Source: the human T2T-CHM13v2.0 reference genome, Homo sapiens
Strand: one strand, 5' to 3'
DNA: 64,000 nucleotides
Assembly (NCBI RefSeq): GCF_009914755.1
Contig: NC_060931.1
A program made the translations under genes and the position numbers. Shown here in pieces: positions 50,096 to 63,917 of this stretch. The notes below the pieces were generated by a model. That model made no database searches. It had not been told where the DNA came from and was given only the letters and a program-made list of their open reading frames with translations. Every line of letters begins with the position of its first letter. Position 1 is the stretch's first letter.

Positions 50096-52077
50096 TGGTT
50101 GAGGTGTTTTTACTAACACTTCCACCATCACAACCCTCAGTGCTCATTTTTTAAAGTATAGTTAAAAACACTTCAACATATCCTGCCAAAACTAAAATTT
50201 ATTATTGTTTCCTAGAATGTAGCAGGATCTATTTCTGCTCTTCTTCAAATATGTTACTGTATGTATTGAGGTATAGATGTTTTGAGTAATCAGCTACAAC
50301 TTGATTACATCTCAAACTCAAGTAGAGAAATTGTCTTGATGACAATACCTTTGTCATTAACTTAATACTGTTACTGCCTTAAGAAATGTAGGGATAGATT
50401 GAGTAGGAATCATCCACTTTAATTTGTTAAAGTCCCAGAAAACTTGACGTACTACCTCCAGAATATATTTTATTACAAAATATTTAGGCAGAAAGAACAC
50501 TTGTTTCCTTTTCATTCCTAACATAATAGTCTATGTGATTATTTACTGCTGTCTGTGAACAAAAAAGATTTCTGACCATTTGGCTTACAGTGGATTTTGT
50601 GATAGAGATGCATACAGGGCTTCTGGCTTTATACATCTAAGCTGAAAAGGTGAGGGGATGTGGAAATGAATCCTAGAATCTGCAGTAAATAGTTTTATTC
50701 CTGTTTCCTTATGGATGAGCCATGTTGACAACTAAAGACCCTTAACTGATTATTCTATTCTTGAGCTATAATATTTGGTCTTCAGTTAAAAATTCCATTA
50801 CATTCTATTTTTAAAACTGATTTAGGAAATAGGGCTTCTTTATCAGGGCGTTCCATTTTATGACCTATCTTGAGGCACTATTTATTGGTTAGGAGCAGTC
50901 ACAGCTCTGTCCCAGTTTCTTCATGTGGATAAAAATGTGGGTAGTAATAGTATCTCAGACTCTCATAAGATTGTTATGAGGTTAAAATGAGATAATCCAT
51001 GTAAAATACTTAGAACCCTGCATGGCAGTGTAAGTGCTCAATAAAAATCAGCTGCTGCTTTTATTATCACCACCCCTTCCAGTGTCTTTTTGTGTGTGTG
51101 TAAAAAGGCAGTGGAAGTTCCTTGGGATAAAGATATGTTATGATAAAGATTGTTTGATAATTAAAACAATTAAATAAATAAAACTTTCTAGCACTATTGT
51201 AAATCTCAGACACTGGCAGGTACTAGGAGTTCAAATATGAACAAGAAGCTCACAATCTAATGGGGGTAAATTGATGTGCACACAATCATAATATAGTAAG
51301 GAAGGACTTAATAACACAATTTGTGCCAAGGGGATAGTTAAAGAAAGGTATCACAGAGTTACTGACATTAGAATTGAGTCTGTGGGCCCAGTAGAGACAA
51401 CGACTTTGGCAGATGGAGAAGAAGAGGAGCAGAGGTTCAAGCAAAGTGAAAAGCTCCGCTTAAAACAGAGAGCGGCTGGAGGGGAGTGGTGTGAGGAAGG
51501 CAGGTGGCGCCAGGCTTTAAAGGATCTTCTTTGCATGCTAAGAAAAGTGAAATTCATTGAACTTATTAAAACCATCTAGCAAGGGGAGTGTTATGATTAT
51601 CTTTAGGTTTATTAAAATAATTTTGAGAATAGCAATACAACGTCATACAAAATGATCAGTTAGGAGAGTGTGGTCTCAGGATGATATGATGTGAGTTTGA
51701 ACATGAACACTCGAGTGCAGATGAGGGAGCAGACTGTGTGGTTTTTAGAAAAGAGACACTAGAATTTGGAGCATCGTAAGCATGGCTAGACAAGGACAAG
51801 GAGGCCTCTGGGCCCCAGGTTGGGTGACCAAGTGGGTGGTGACAACTTTGTCTTCAGTCTTCTTCTCATGTATTTCAGCCTTGAGTAAGTGAGAGATGGG
51901 AAGTTTTTGTTTTTATTAGCAAAGAAAGAGAAATGTAGCAGATTTATTAAGAATGACTAATTGTAGCTCTTAATCACACTAGTTCTTTGTATTCTTACCT
52001 AAGAAAGTTGGCAAACTAATAAAATGTGCAACTATTTTTATATTTAAGTTTGGTTTTCTGTGTAACCTACACTTTTT

Positions 52078-52080
52078 ATT

Positions 52081-52119
<39 letters not shown>

Positions 52120-52408
52120 TTGGAGATGGAGTCTCACTCTGTCACCCAGGCTGGAGTGCATGGCGTGATCTCAGCTCACTGCAACCTCTGTCCCCTGAGT
52201 TCAAGCGATTCTCCTGCCTCAGCCTCCCGAGTAGCTGGGATTACAGGCATCTATCACCGCGCCCGGCTATTTTTTGTATTTTTTTTTTTTAGTAGAAACG
52301 GGGTTTCACCATCTTGGCCAGGCTGGTCTTGAACTCTTGACCTCATGATCCACCCGCCTCAGCCTCCCAAATTGCTGGGATTACAGGCATGAGCCACCGT
52401 GTCTGGCC
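52078..52408 (-). mobile_element. AluS element with a long (TTTA)n tail
   Basis: Antisense dimeric Alu; 14-bp TSD AACCTACACTTTTT (52064-52077 and 52409-52422). Confidence 0.96.
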
Positions 52409-53981
52409 AACCTACACTTTTTTGGTAATGCAAATCTTGTTAGAGATTTGGAAACAGGCAATGAACTAAAACGTTCAAATTTTAAATCTTGTGTCAGATC
52501 TTAATAAAAATATATTGATTGGGTGGGGGACTTCACAGATCACACTGGATTTCTAAGAGAGCCATTTGCTAAGAGGAATTATTTAGATATGTAGTTCCTT
52601 TGTCCAGAATATTTATCTGGATGAACAAAATCTAAAATGCTTCTTTAGGAGTGTAATATGAATATATGTGTGTGTATATATACATGCATATGTGTGTGTA
52701 TATATGATAGGTGGATAAACATGCATGCACACACACACTGAGAAAGCGGGAGTGGGAGAGAGAGATGTATATTTCATATGATCTACCTTCATTCCAATAT
52801 TATTAAAGAAGTCTTAGTAATGCTTGTTTAGTAACCACATAGGATTCTTTACTCCAGAGGGAAATTTGGTTATGAAAACAGCATGAATCAGATGATCTCA
52901 CCCTGAATACTGCATAATATCTTCCAGACCCAAATTGTCTCCAGATCAACTCAGACCATGTTTGAAATACCAGATGTTCCATAGTCTTTTTTTTGTTTTT
53001 TTTTTTTTGTTTTTTTTTAAGTATCTGACATGCAGTACCTTTTTCTGGGTCAGAAGGGTCACCTGAAATGTTGCCAACCTATTCGACTGCTGAAAATTAT
53101 GAATATGGATACATTGATTCCATTCCCATTTCTTATTCTAAAATAAGCAGGGGATAAAAGGGTGTTTGGAGGCACAGATCATGGGAATGTAAATTCAGTT
53201 TATGGAGCCTGCAGTTAAAGATACTTAAGACCTATTTGTCTATGATTCGTGTTTCACAGTAAAATTATGTAGTCACTTTTATTTTTTTCTTAGGACCTTG
53301 ATAGATAGTCCCAAAGCCTGACTGTAATTTCTCCCAATATAGTCAATCCAAAGGACCTGTTTTCTTGGACGCTGAAGAAGAAAAATTATTCTGTCATATC
53401 CTTTTATTGATGCTGGCCAGAATGTGTTACTAAAATTATATGAAGTAGACAGCTTTGAGACTTGTGCGCTTATGAAAAACATGTGTTTTTAGGCACTAAG
53501 TGTTGAGTCTGCAGGGAATACCGTATCACATTTACTGTTGAAATTATGTTAAAATAATTACGTGCAACAGGACTGAGTTTTATCATTCACAGCTTAAGTC
53601 TTTTGTTTCCTATGCATACTTTATAAAACTACTCCACCAGAGTTACAAGTGATTCTGACTTCTGAGAGTCATTAATATATTAGCTTTTTCAAATAATTAT
53701 TTTCTATTTAGTGATTAAACTTTGAGCAGATGACCATGCTGAATAATAACCAAACTAAGACACAGTTAATCTGACACATGATTTGCAATAAAATTAAAAG
53801 GTATCTTGGAGCCAATCTAGTTTAATTTCCTCATTATCTAGATGAAGCCTAAAGAAGAAAGATCACTTTCAAAATCCCTGAACACGCCAGTGACACTCTG
53901 TGACCAGAACACAGGTTTCCTGACTCTCCTCCAGGGATCTTTCTACATTTTCAAAGTTCCCCGTTAGCTCTCTAGTATCTA

Positions 53982-53985
<4 letters not shown>

Positions 53986-54017
<32 letters not shown>
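53986..54017. repeat. (TA)16 microsatellite
   Basis: Read directly from the sequence; uninterrupted. Confidence 0.95.
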
Positions 54018-54019
<2 letters not shown>

Positions 54020-56320
54020 CATTTCCTTAATATTTGGTAATTCTCACAACATAGATATGACATACAGGTACACCTATCTTGGTTATATTTGTCCAAGGGT
54101 CTAGATTTCACTTTCTAAACAGCTAGTTCGCCTTAGCTGAGGAGCTAAGCCTCTCTGGGCTCACCTTCCTCCCTGCCACTCTCTCTCGCACCCTGGGCAT
54201 CATTAAATAACACCTTCCCTATTTATATCCCTCACCAAGAGTTCTCCAGCCCAGACATCTGTAGACATCTTGTAGGCAGAAACTAACCTACAAGATTTGG
54301 ATGTCCAAGAATAGTCATAGCCTTGGCTCTTCAGGAAAGGAGAAGAACACTAAGGAGAAGGTGTGGTCTATGCTGAGGGTAAAGAGAAGAGATGAGAAGA
54401 ATTCTGGGTCCTGGACTTCAGGGAATCCTGAATACAAAGTGAATAATGGAGAGAAATTAGAGAAGCCCTTAGAGTAGATGGGGTTCCAAATCCTTGAACT
54501 GAAACCAAGAGGAGTTGAGGAACCTCAGTTCTTGTGACACTCTGCCCAAAATAGGCCCTAAGAAACTGTACTTGGGGCAGTTCTGGCTGTGAAACTCCTT
54601 TTACCACAGATTAGAGTCCATATGCTTCCCTTCATCTGATATGCATTTGACTTATGAAGGGGAGAATAGCAGATGATTAGATGCCTCAGTTGGAAGAAAT
54701 TTGCCTCACACTGGTAGAGGTATGTCTGCTACTGTGTAATTTTATAATATAAATTGGATTTAACAACTGCATTCTAAATTATAATTCAATCTGAAACTAG
54801 GCACATCCTAAACAAGGAAAATGCTAGAGTGTGAATCACGTATCTTCTTTCTTGGAAAGGCATTGTTTTTGTTTCCTAACAGAGGGTTGATAAAGAGGAT
54901 AAAAATATGGAAAAAGTTCTCACCCAATAATGTGGCATAAGTCAGAGATCTTCAGTGCTGGTATCAATGAGATTTAAGTTTTGTAGCTATATACTTATAG
55001 CTATAAAATAAATTTCTTACTGAAATGTTCTCAGGAAAACAAGTTTATTGCCAGTCTGAAACTCTAATTTCTCTAGCTGCTAAAAGTGATTTTGAAAACT
55101 TGGTGTCATTTTTGTTTGTGTTTGGTGTGTGTGTTTGTTTTTAATTAGGACTGCTTCCATTGGGTTATAGTAGGAGAAAGTGTATCATATTGCCGTGACC
55201 CATTCCACTCTCTTTCACTTACTTGCTCTCTGTCTGTGATGTTTAAAAGTTCCCTCACACTTAGGTCTGAGCATGTGGGGAAAATGAAAGTGTTTGTGTT
55301 TGGAAAGGTAGAGGGGCACTTTTTCCAGGCAGTCACAAATCTAACTGGAAAGAGTCCATAAAGAGATTAAGTTGGCCTTCCAGGCAGGTCCCAAGGGCAA
55401 AAGAACCCTGGAACAATACTTTCTGGGTTTTCCAGAGCGGCCTACAGAGCCAATTTCTCAAGTTACTGCTTTTCCCAAGGCCTGGTCTCCTGGTCCCTGT
55501 GAGGGCTTCCTGAGCTTCTGCTAGCAGAGCTTGAGAGGTGCTCTTGCTCCTCACCCTCCCCTGTTGCCCTGTGGCTTTCCTCTTTACCAGTCTCTCCTGT
55601 CTCTGAGGATGTCATCCTCTGTTAAGCTGGTAGCCTAAGACATGGCATTGAATGCTTCAAGAGGTTTAGTTTCTTCCTTGGGAAAATGAAAAGGAAAACA
55701 AAACAAAGTACTCCGCCTGCTACAAGGCCAGCCCTGTCACTCTGAAAGTGCTTTACAATTTTTTGGCTCTTCCTTTGCCCTCTTCTGCCACAGGCCTTGT
55801 GTATGGTGTTTCCTCTGCCCTGAATGCACTTCTCTGAGCCAAATTAGATACTGCTCAGCCTTTCCATTGTAATTCATGCACCTCTCCTTCAGCGAAGCTT
55901 CCCCAGCCTTCCTTATTTATCTTGTCTTCCTTTTTAAAGCTCTCAGAAAGTCATCTACACTTAGAGATGGTGCAAGAGTGTTTCTGGAAAAGAAAGTTCT
56001 TTTCTTTGGGGCAGAAATTAGCTAGTGACTCTTTGGAAGACAAGAGCTCCCATTTGACACGCTAGTCCTCTGCCCCAAAAGAACAGTAGAGCAGGAGCCA
56101 GATGCTGAGTTTTAGGTCTGGTTTGCTATTGAGTAGCTGTGCAACCAGGAGCAAATTATCCCTCCTCTCTGGATTCTATTTTCCTGATCTCTTACATGAG
56201 GGAGATGCCTAGTCCTGTCCAGAATAAGAATATGTGGGAGACTTTAAAAGAGCAGCAGTTCATGAAATACCACCAGCTCTAGTAATTCTAATAAATAAAA
56301 TGATAGCTATTTTAAGAATA

Positions 56321-56944
56321 TATTGATGAAAAGTGTCAAACTCTGTAAAAGTATTTGAAGATCTTATTCTGAGCCAAATATGAGTGATCAATGGCCTATG
56401 ACACAGCCCTGAGGAGACTCTGAGAACATGTGCCCAAGGTGGTCAGGCTACAACTTGGTTTTATACATATTACAGACATCCGTCAATACATGAAAGATGT
56501 ACATTGCTTCAGTCTGGAAAGACAGGACCACTGGAGGTGGGGGGCGGTCCTTCCAGGTCATGGGCAGATTCACAGATTTTCTGATTGGTGATTAGTTGAA
56601 AGCCTTATTATCTAAAGACCTGAAATCCAAAAAAAGGAATGTCTGGGTTATGATAAGGGGGCTTGTAAGGACCAAGGTTTTATCATGTAGATGAAGCCTC
56701 CTGGTAGCAGGTGTCAGAGAGAATAGATTGTCAATGTTTCTTATCAGAGTCTGTTCTGTCAGTCTTAGGTCTCTGTGTTTCTGCTAATGCTGGTCAGCTG
56801 TGAAGCAGCGCCCACCCACCCCCAGCTCCCCATTTCCTATCATGGCCTGAACTAGTTTTTCAGGCTCACTTTGGAATGACCTTGGCCAAGAGGTGGGGTC
56901 CATTCAGATGCTTCATGGGTTTATAATTTTATTTTTGATTTACA
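56321..56944 (-). mobile_element. ERV1-class solo LTR (MER4A-like)
   Basis: TATTGATGAAAAGTGTCAAACTCTGTAAAAGTATTTGAAG...GAGAACATGTGCCCAAGGTGGTCAGGCTACAACTTGGTTTTATACAT...AATTTTATTTTTGATTTACA. Confidence 0.85.
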
Positions 56945-58651
56945 AAGATAAAAAGTTGGTAGGAGAAAACAACTTGCCCCTTTGCAAAGTTGACTTTGTA
57001 AGTCAGTAGCGAGCTACTCCAAAGCCTTAGTGTAAAAACTGCTGACTCATGGAGGTTCTAGTTACATTTGCTGAACTTTCAAGTTGGATTCAGAAATAGT
57101 GAATGAGATGGTATTGTTCCAGGATGTTTGCAGTCTTTTATAAGCCCAGTGTTGTTCAGACCAGGCAATTCCAATCTGAAGGCATGCAAGAATTTAAGTG
57201 GCCATTTAATTTAGAGGCAGAAGCATATTTCTAGATATTATCTGTCCACAAATATCAGGATTTTATACACACATGTAAGTTTGTATGTGTATGTGCAAGT
57301 TCTTTGTCATGAGGTAAAATTTATTCCATGTTGTGAATTATATAAAAGAGAGTTTAAAAGCCTCTGATTTAAGCTAAGCTATGTGATTAAGCCTTAATAA
57401 TGTAATCAAAATTTTCATTTGGGATTAGAGTTTATTTAGCAGGAGATGCATGAACATAGTATGAATCATATCCATACTCCAGGCACATTCAGAACTAACT
57501 CTTCTGTAATGGAAAATTAGAAAGGGCCTGAAAAAGAAAACTTTTTTGGATTTGCTTTTCATTTTACTATGGATATTGTAATGGAGAAAACATGTAACTA
57601 TGCTTATTACACAAGACCAGAAAAGTTTCCCTCTGTCTTTTGTTTAACCTACATTATTTCCATACTGTGTGAACTGTGATCATCAGTGACAAGGAAACAA
57701 TTTAATTGCTTTAAAAAAAAGCTTAGTGTTGACACTAAATATACAATTTAAAGACTTTCATTTCTTTTGAAAATTGGTAATATGGACATGGCAAAGATGA
57801 TAAAGCTTAGCTAATGCTGGACAGTTGTTTATTCTTTAGAGAGTATACTTTATATGGTCTAACTTAAAAGTATTGTGGGTTTTCCTAAGCAACTGTGTGG
57901 ACCAGTTGGGTTTGAATATGGCCTTAATTATGGAAAAAGGATGTGGTCATTTTCTTTAGGACAAAAGGAAAGGCTTCACTTAAACTTCAGGACATGTCAG
58001 ACTGATCTTTCAAGGAACCAGTTACAATGTGGTTTTGATTGCATAGTGACAAACACAGCTTGGTAAAGTTACAAAAGAGGGCCATTGAAAAATACCTATT
58101 ACTTGTCCAGCTTGAACTGCTACTCTAGGCACTAACCAGTAACTAATTCCTCATGGTCACTGATGTGATATTTAAAACACAGAGTAATCTGATTACTGGT
58201 GGTTTGCCACTGTACTGATGTAAGGCTGGCTACTCTTTTTTTTCCAATATCAGTCGTTGGGTAAAAGAGCTTAATTACAACCTTGTGTCCTTCTGCCATC
58301 TGCACCCCACTCCTTCCACTTATTAGGCCATGTCTCAGCAAGTTCTCAAAGACTATTGTTTAATATGGTAAAGAAGAAAAGGGTTTGCTATAGCAAGGGT
58401 GATAATACAGCTCTCCACTCCTTGCCTCCCTACAACTTCAGGCAGAAGAGCACAGGCCTTGGAGTCAGAAAGACTTGAACTCAAATCTCTACCATTTATT
58501 AACATTTTGATCTTAAGCAAGTTTCATAGTCTCTGAGTTTCAGCAAAAACATTTCAAAAATGGCAAATCATATTGCCTACTTTGTAAGCATTTTATATAG
58601 TTCTGTAAGATTTTAATGAGATATAAGTAAAGTACTTACCTCTATTCCTTG

Positions 58652-59023
58652 TGTCTTAGTCTATTCCTGCTGCCATAACAAAATACCTTAGACTGGGTAA
58701 TTTATAAATAATAGAAATTTATTTGTCAAGTTCTGGAGGCTGGGAAGTTCAAAATCAAGGCACTGGCAGACTCAGTGTCTAGTGTGGGCTTGCTTTCTGC
58801 TTCCAAGATGGCACCTTGTTGCTGCATCTTCACATGGAGGAAGGTTCAGAAGAGATGGAAGAGAGGAACTCACTCCCTCAGGGGCTAATCCCATCAATGA
58901 GGGTGGAGCCCTCATTGCTAACTGCCTAATCATTTCATAAAGGCCCAGCTTCTTAATATTGGTACATTGGGGATTAAGTTGCAACATGAATTTTGGAGGA
59001 GCACGGACATTAAAGCCATAGCA
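58652..59023 (-). mobile_element. MaLR solo LTR (MSTC/D-like)
   Basis: TGTCTTAGTCTATTCCTGCTGCCATAACAAAATACCTTAGACTGGGTAATTTATAAA...CAACATGAATTTTGGAGG...CCATAGCA. Confidence 0.85.
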
Positions 59024-59516
59024 CTGGCATTCAATAAGTGTATATTGTAGCTATTATAATAATATTTATCATAATAAAAATAATATTTCAGTTGTAATTC
59101 CTAAAATCTTTAATTCCTTGTTTGATGTAAAATATGTTATTCAGGATGAGACTTGCTTTTTAAGGTATAGTTTTCTGAGTGTTGTACCTATTGTGCTATG
59201 GGGCTGTACTATGGGGCAAGTAGTGGCCAAAGACATAAATTCATGAGTTTTTGTTATTTGCAATATTTGTAGTTTTCTATACAGTTATATTCTGATGCTT
59301 TTCTTTTCATGATAAAAAGCAATCAGAATATAAAATATGTTATGTATGTACTTGGAACTGCCATGTACATACCTGGGTATCATCATTGACTAAATATAAG
59401 ATTTGTTTGAAAGTTATCTCAACACAAGTGGTAAGTGGAATTAAAAGTGCAATTTATTGAATTTTTAGATTTGTAAAGAATCTAATAACAGATTCATGAT
59501 GTTTTCTTTTTAACAG

Positions 59517-59602
59517 ATGGGCTTAGGTCACGAGCAAGGATTTGGAGCCCCTTGTTTAAAATGCAAAGAAAAATGTGAAGGATTCGAACTGCACTTCTGG
59601 AG
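59517..59602 (+). CDS. TES: Testin coding exon 2 ([28 protein letters not shown] + first 2 nt of Arg), start of the N-terminal Cys-rich region
   Basis: Acceptor TTTTCTTTTTAACAG|ATG, 86 nt, donor GAG|GTATTG at 59603; in frame with exon 1; peptide recognised as testin. The gene continues beyond the window. Confidence 0.96.
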
Positions 59603-59928
59603 GTATTGTTTTGAAAACTGCAACCACATTAGTAATTTATACTTTTTGCAATACTTCCTCAGACAGTGGAGATATCTTCGAGTTCTCCAGCATGGTTGCT
59701 AAGTTGCAGACCTGTTACTGTCTTTTCTGAGAAATGAATACAACATAAAAAGTGTTCTGTCTTACTGTCATTAAGTTTGACTTAGTGAATTGGACCATAA
59801 TAACTATTTAGAGTTGTTGGATTTGCTTGCTGTCTTTAAGATTTCCTTCGAGCCTGAAATACTGAATATATCATCTTTCTGGTGGTAAATAAGTTTGTGG
59901 TAATCCTCCAGGACTGTTTAATAATTTA

Positions 59929-60233
59929 TTTGTTACTTTTTTTTTGAGACGAAGTCTCATTCTGTCACCTAGACTGGAGTGCAGTGGTGTGATCTCAGCT
60001 CACTGCAACCTCCGCTTCCTGGTTCAAGCGATTCTCTTGCCTTAGCCTCCTGAATAGCTGAGATTACAGGCTTGTGCCACGACACCTGGCTAATTTTTCT
60101 TTTTTGTATTCTTAGTAGAGATGGGGTTTCGCCATGTTGGCAAGGCTGGTCTCAAACTCCTGACCTCAAGTGATCAGCCCACCTCAACCTCCCAAAGTGC
60201 TGGGATTACAGGCGTGAGCCACCATGCCTGGCC
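59929..60233 (-). mobile_element. AluS element (Sx/Sz-like)
   Basis: Antisense dimeric Alu; 15-bp TSD CTGTTTAATAATTTA (59914-59928 and 60234-60248). Confidence 0.96.
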
Positions 60234-61229
60234 CTGTTTAATAATTTAATTATTCTCTTCTTAAAAATTGGTAACTTTACATCTCATGTCTACATTTTCC
60301 GTAAACAAATATGAATACTGAATCAAGCATGTATATGTTAGTTATCAGGAAATGAAGTTGAATTTAGATCTCTTTAAAATTTTTAGCTGTAAAGTTACTA
60401 GTGAAAAACCATTGAAACACTTGAATTTTTTTAAGAAAAAAATTAATTGTAGTGTCTTGGTTTGAATGAAGTGCATATATACACAAGACAATGTTAGTGA
60501 GTCAAAAATGTGAATTTTCTATAGATCTTATCTTTAGGTTGTTTTGAAAGTACTACTGCATATCATATAAATCTAAAATCAGTATTTGAAACCTGTGCTT
60601 ATGAATGACTGTCAAGTCCATAGTGGTAATTCACAAGTCTGCTCAAAGTTAGAATTAGCAGGAAAAAAAAATAAAGATAACTATACAGTTTTAGGATGGC
60701 AGCTACCTTGTTAGGATGACTCTCATTTGAGAAACACTTCTGTACTACAGATTTCCACAGGAAACCGTTTAGAATACTTTCATCAGCTCTTGGAGATGTG
60801 TACAGTGTAAATTAAAGGAGAATATAAACAAATAAAATTTTAGACATTAATCTCTTTTAAAAACTAGTTCATTGAATCAGTTTTCAGAAACAAAGATAAT
60901 TGTTTAAAATAGGAAAGTCAGTAGAAACCTGCTAGAACTGATACAGTTCTTCAGTTTTGATACAATTCTTCAGTTTTAGGGAGCTAAAGTTTTCCAGAAT
61001 TTTTTTTTACAAGACTTAAGCAGCTCTCCCTTGTGCTGTCTCTTCAAGGGACATAGAAGTGGCAGTATGTCTCTCATGTTTTAAAAAGGTAAAGTGACTT
61101 AACACAAAATAGTTTTCATGAATTAGAACATCTCTGCTCTTAATGCTCACACTATTTTCTATTGGGCCTATTAGTTAACTTTACAGAAGGCTGCACTGCC
61201 CTCTCCTGGGCATAGTTTTTACCTTACAA

Positions 61230-61591
61230 TCTTATAATACATAAAATCCAAAATCCAAAATGCTCCAAAACCAAAACTTCTTGAGTGTCAACACGATGCC
61301 ACAAGTGGAAAATTTCACATACCTGACCGTGTGACAGGTTGCATTCAAAAATGCATTCAAACCTTTGTGTCTTGTACAAAATTATTTAAAATATGTATAA
61401 AATTACCATCAGCTTATGTACATAAGCTGTATATGAAACAGAAATTAATTTTATGTTTAAACTTGGGCCCTATCCCCAAGATATCTCATTGTTTATGCAG
61501 ATATTCCAAAATTTAAAAAAAATTTGAAATCTGATACACTTCTGTTTTATTTTACTTGTGAAACATTTTGGGTAAGAGATACTTAACCTGC
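61230..61591. mobile_element. Tigger4/Zombi-like DNA transposon derivative
   Basis: AAATCCAAAATCCAAAATGCTCCAAAA...CTTGGGCCCTATCCCCAAGATATCTCATTG...GGTAAGAGATACTTAACCTG. Confidence 0.8.
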
Positions 61592-62627
61592 ATTCTTTTT
61601 AGTTCTGCTATGCAGTTGCCAAAAACCGCTCGTGAGATTTTAAAGCTCATTCCTAAGAGATATCATCTTTTCTCTAAAGCAAGTTAGTCATTTTTGTTAT
61701 GTCTATATTAATCATTTTAATCGATATTTTCAGATGAAAATATATCCGACAAGAGCAGATCTCCATGGCATGAAAATAACCTTTTACATTTCAATTTATC
61801 ACACAGACTCATTTAATCAACTGGGTGTAGTCTGAAAATCTAAGAGCCATAATAGTCTAGGACTTTGCATATGGCCTGTCATTCAGCTGGGGTTGATAAC
61901 AGTCCACCCCATTGGTATTTCTTAGTAGTTCTGACATCTTCCTGGCATGGGTCCAGTCACATTTCTCTCAGAATTCTTGATAATTCCCTGACTTTTTCAC
62001 CATAGCTAAAAGAGCTGAAGCAGGTGCCTTTGACCTCCCTATGTAGCCTCTTTCAGTACAGTCTTTGAAGTAAAATATTCTAGACTAGTTGTCCTGAGTG
62101 TAACAAAGATTCCAGGTCTAGTCTAGGGCCACAGAACTTATGTGGGTGAAGTAGACATGGGATCCCATGACCCTGCCCACTTAGCCTCCTCCTCCAGCTT
62201 CATGGTGATCCTTGACTTAGGACCCTGAGGGCTCCATCGGGCACATTTCAAAAATCAGAGTTAAATTATTCTCTACCTCTTTATTAGTCTGGCCTCTCAC
62301 ACAATCACAAGAATGGTCTTTTGAACATGGATACTATTACATACTTCAGATGACTTAAGAACCCTCAGTAGTTTCCCACTGGACTTCTTTTAGGCAAATT
62401 TCTTGGCCTTTGACATTAAACCCTAACATCTGGCCTCTGCTTGCTTTTCCAGCCTCTTCCACTTCCCTTCCAAGCACTCTATGATCCAAGTGCTTGATAC
62501 ATACTATTCCCTGAAATTTTGTGCCTTATTGCATGGTGTTCTCTGCCTGGAAAACCCTACCTCCCACCACTAGGAAACAAAAAGTCTCAGCTCAAGAAAT
62601 ACCTCTGAGAAGTCTTCCCTGCCCATG

Positions 62628-63022
62628 TATGTCTTTTCAGGCTGCCATAACAAAATATCACATACCTGGTAGTTTAAACAGAAATGTACTTTCTTCCAGT
62701 TCTAGAGGCTGGAAAGTTCGAGATCAGGTGCCAACATGGTTGAGTTCTGGTGAGGTCTCTCTTCCTGGCTTACAGACGGCTGCCTTCTCACCACGTGCTC
62801 ACATGGCCTTTCCTTGGTGTGTGTGGGTGTGTGTGTGTGTGTCTGGAGAGGAAGAGATCTCTCTCCCTTTTCTTATAAGGTCACCTATTCCAATGGATTG
62901 TGACGTTCACCTTGTGACATCTTTTAACTTTACTTCTTAAAAGCCCCTGCTCCAAATACAGTCACATTAGGAGTTTGAGCTTCAGCATATGACTTTGAGG
63001 AAACACAGTTCAGCCCACAGCA
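62628..63022 (-). mobile_element. MaLR solo LTR (MLT1A-like)
   Basis: GGCTGCCATAACAAAATATCAC...TTCTAGAGGCTGGAAAGTTCGAGATCAGGTGCC...CTCCAAATACAGTCACATT...CAGTTCAGCCCACAGCA. Confidence 0.82.
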
Positions 63023-63566
63023 CCCCCTTCCCCTGCTTCCACATACCCCCAAGTTGTTAGGAATCATTTTCCTTTTTATCACCTTGTATACTTACAGAAA
63101 GCCAGGAGATAAATACCCAGACCTCATTCTTCATCACTCTGATTTTCTGCTGGCACCTCCCATTGTCCCATTGCCAGTGACAAGGGATCCCACAGGTGTA
63201 GTCCTTAAGGATCAGCCTTCTGGGAAATAGCACAGAGTACTGAGGCATGGAGAATGAATCTGGAGAGGTGAATGGAAGATGCCGGATCAAGGTGTATCAC
63301 CATAGTTGCAGGAGACTAAAAATTAATTATTAGGAATTTAGAGTGAACTTGTAACTTAACTAGTCTAACCTCATTTTACAGATCAAAGACCTAAACCAAA
63401 GGAAGTTAAAATGACTTGTTTGAGCCCATGAGTTATTAATAATATAATTTGTGAATGATTTCTATGTGTCACACACCAGTAAGCACTTGTAATAATTTTC
63501 TACTGCTGCATAACAAATTACTACAAACTTTGCAAGTTAAAGCAACAACTGTTAACTCAACATCCA

Positions 63567-63917
<351 letters not shown>

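Noticed and set aside
51382-51579. Charged 65-aa ORF (EEEEQRFKQSEKLRLKQR)
   Set aside because: Falls in purine-rich, probably L2-derived sequence; no supporting splice structure.
59603-59702. ORF continuation after exon 2 (YCFENCNH...)
   Set aside because: Intron 2 read-through; testin similarity ends at the GT donor at 59603.
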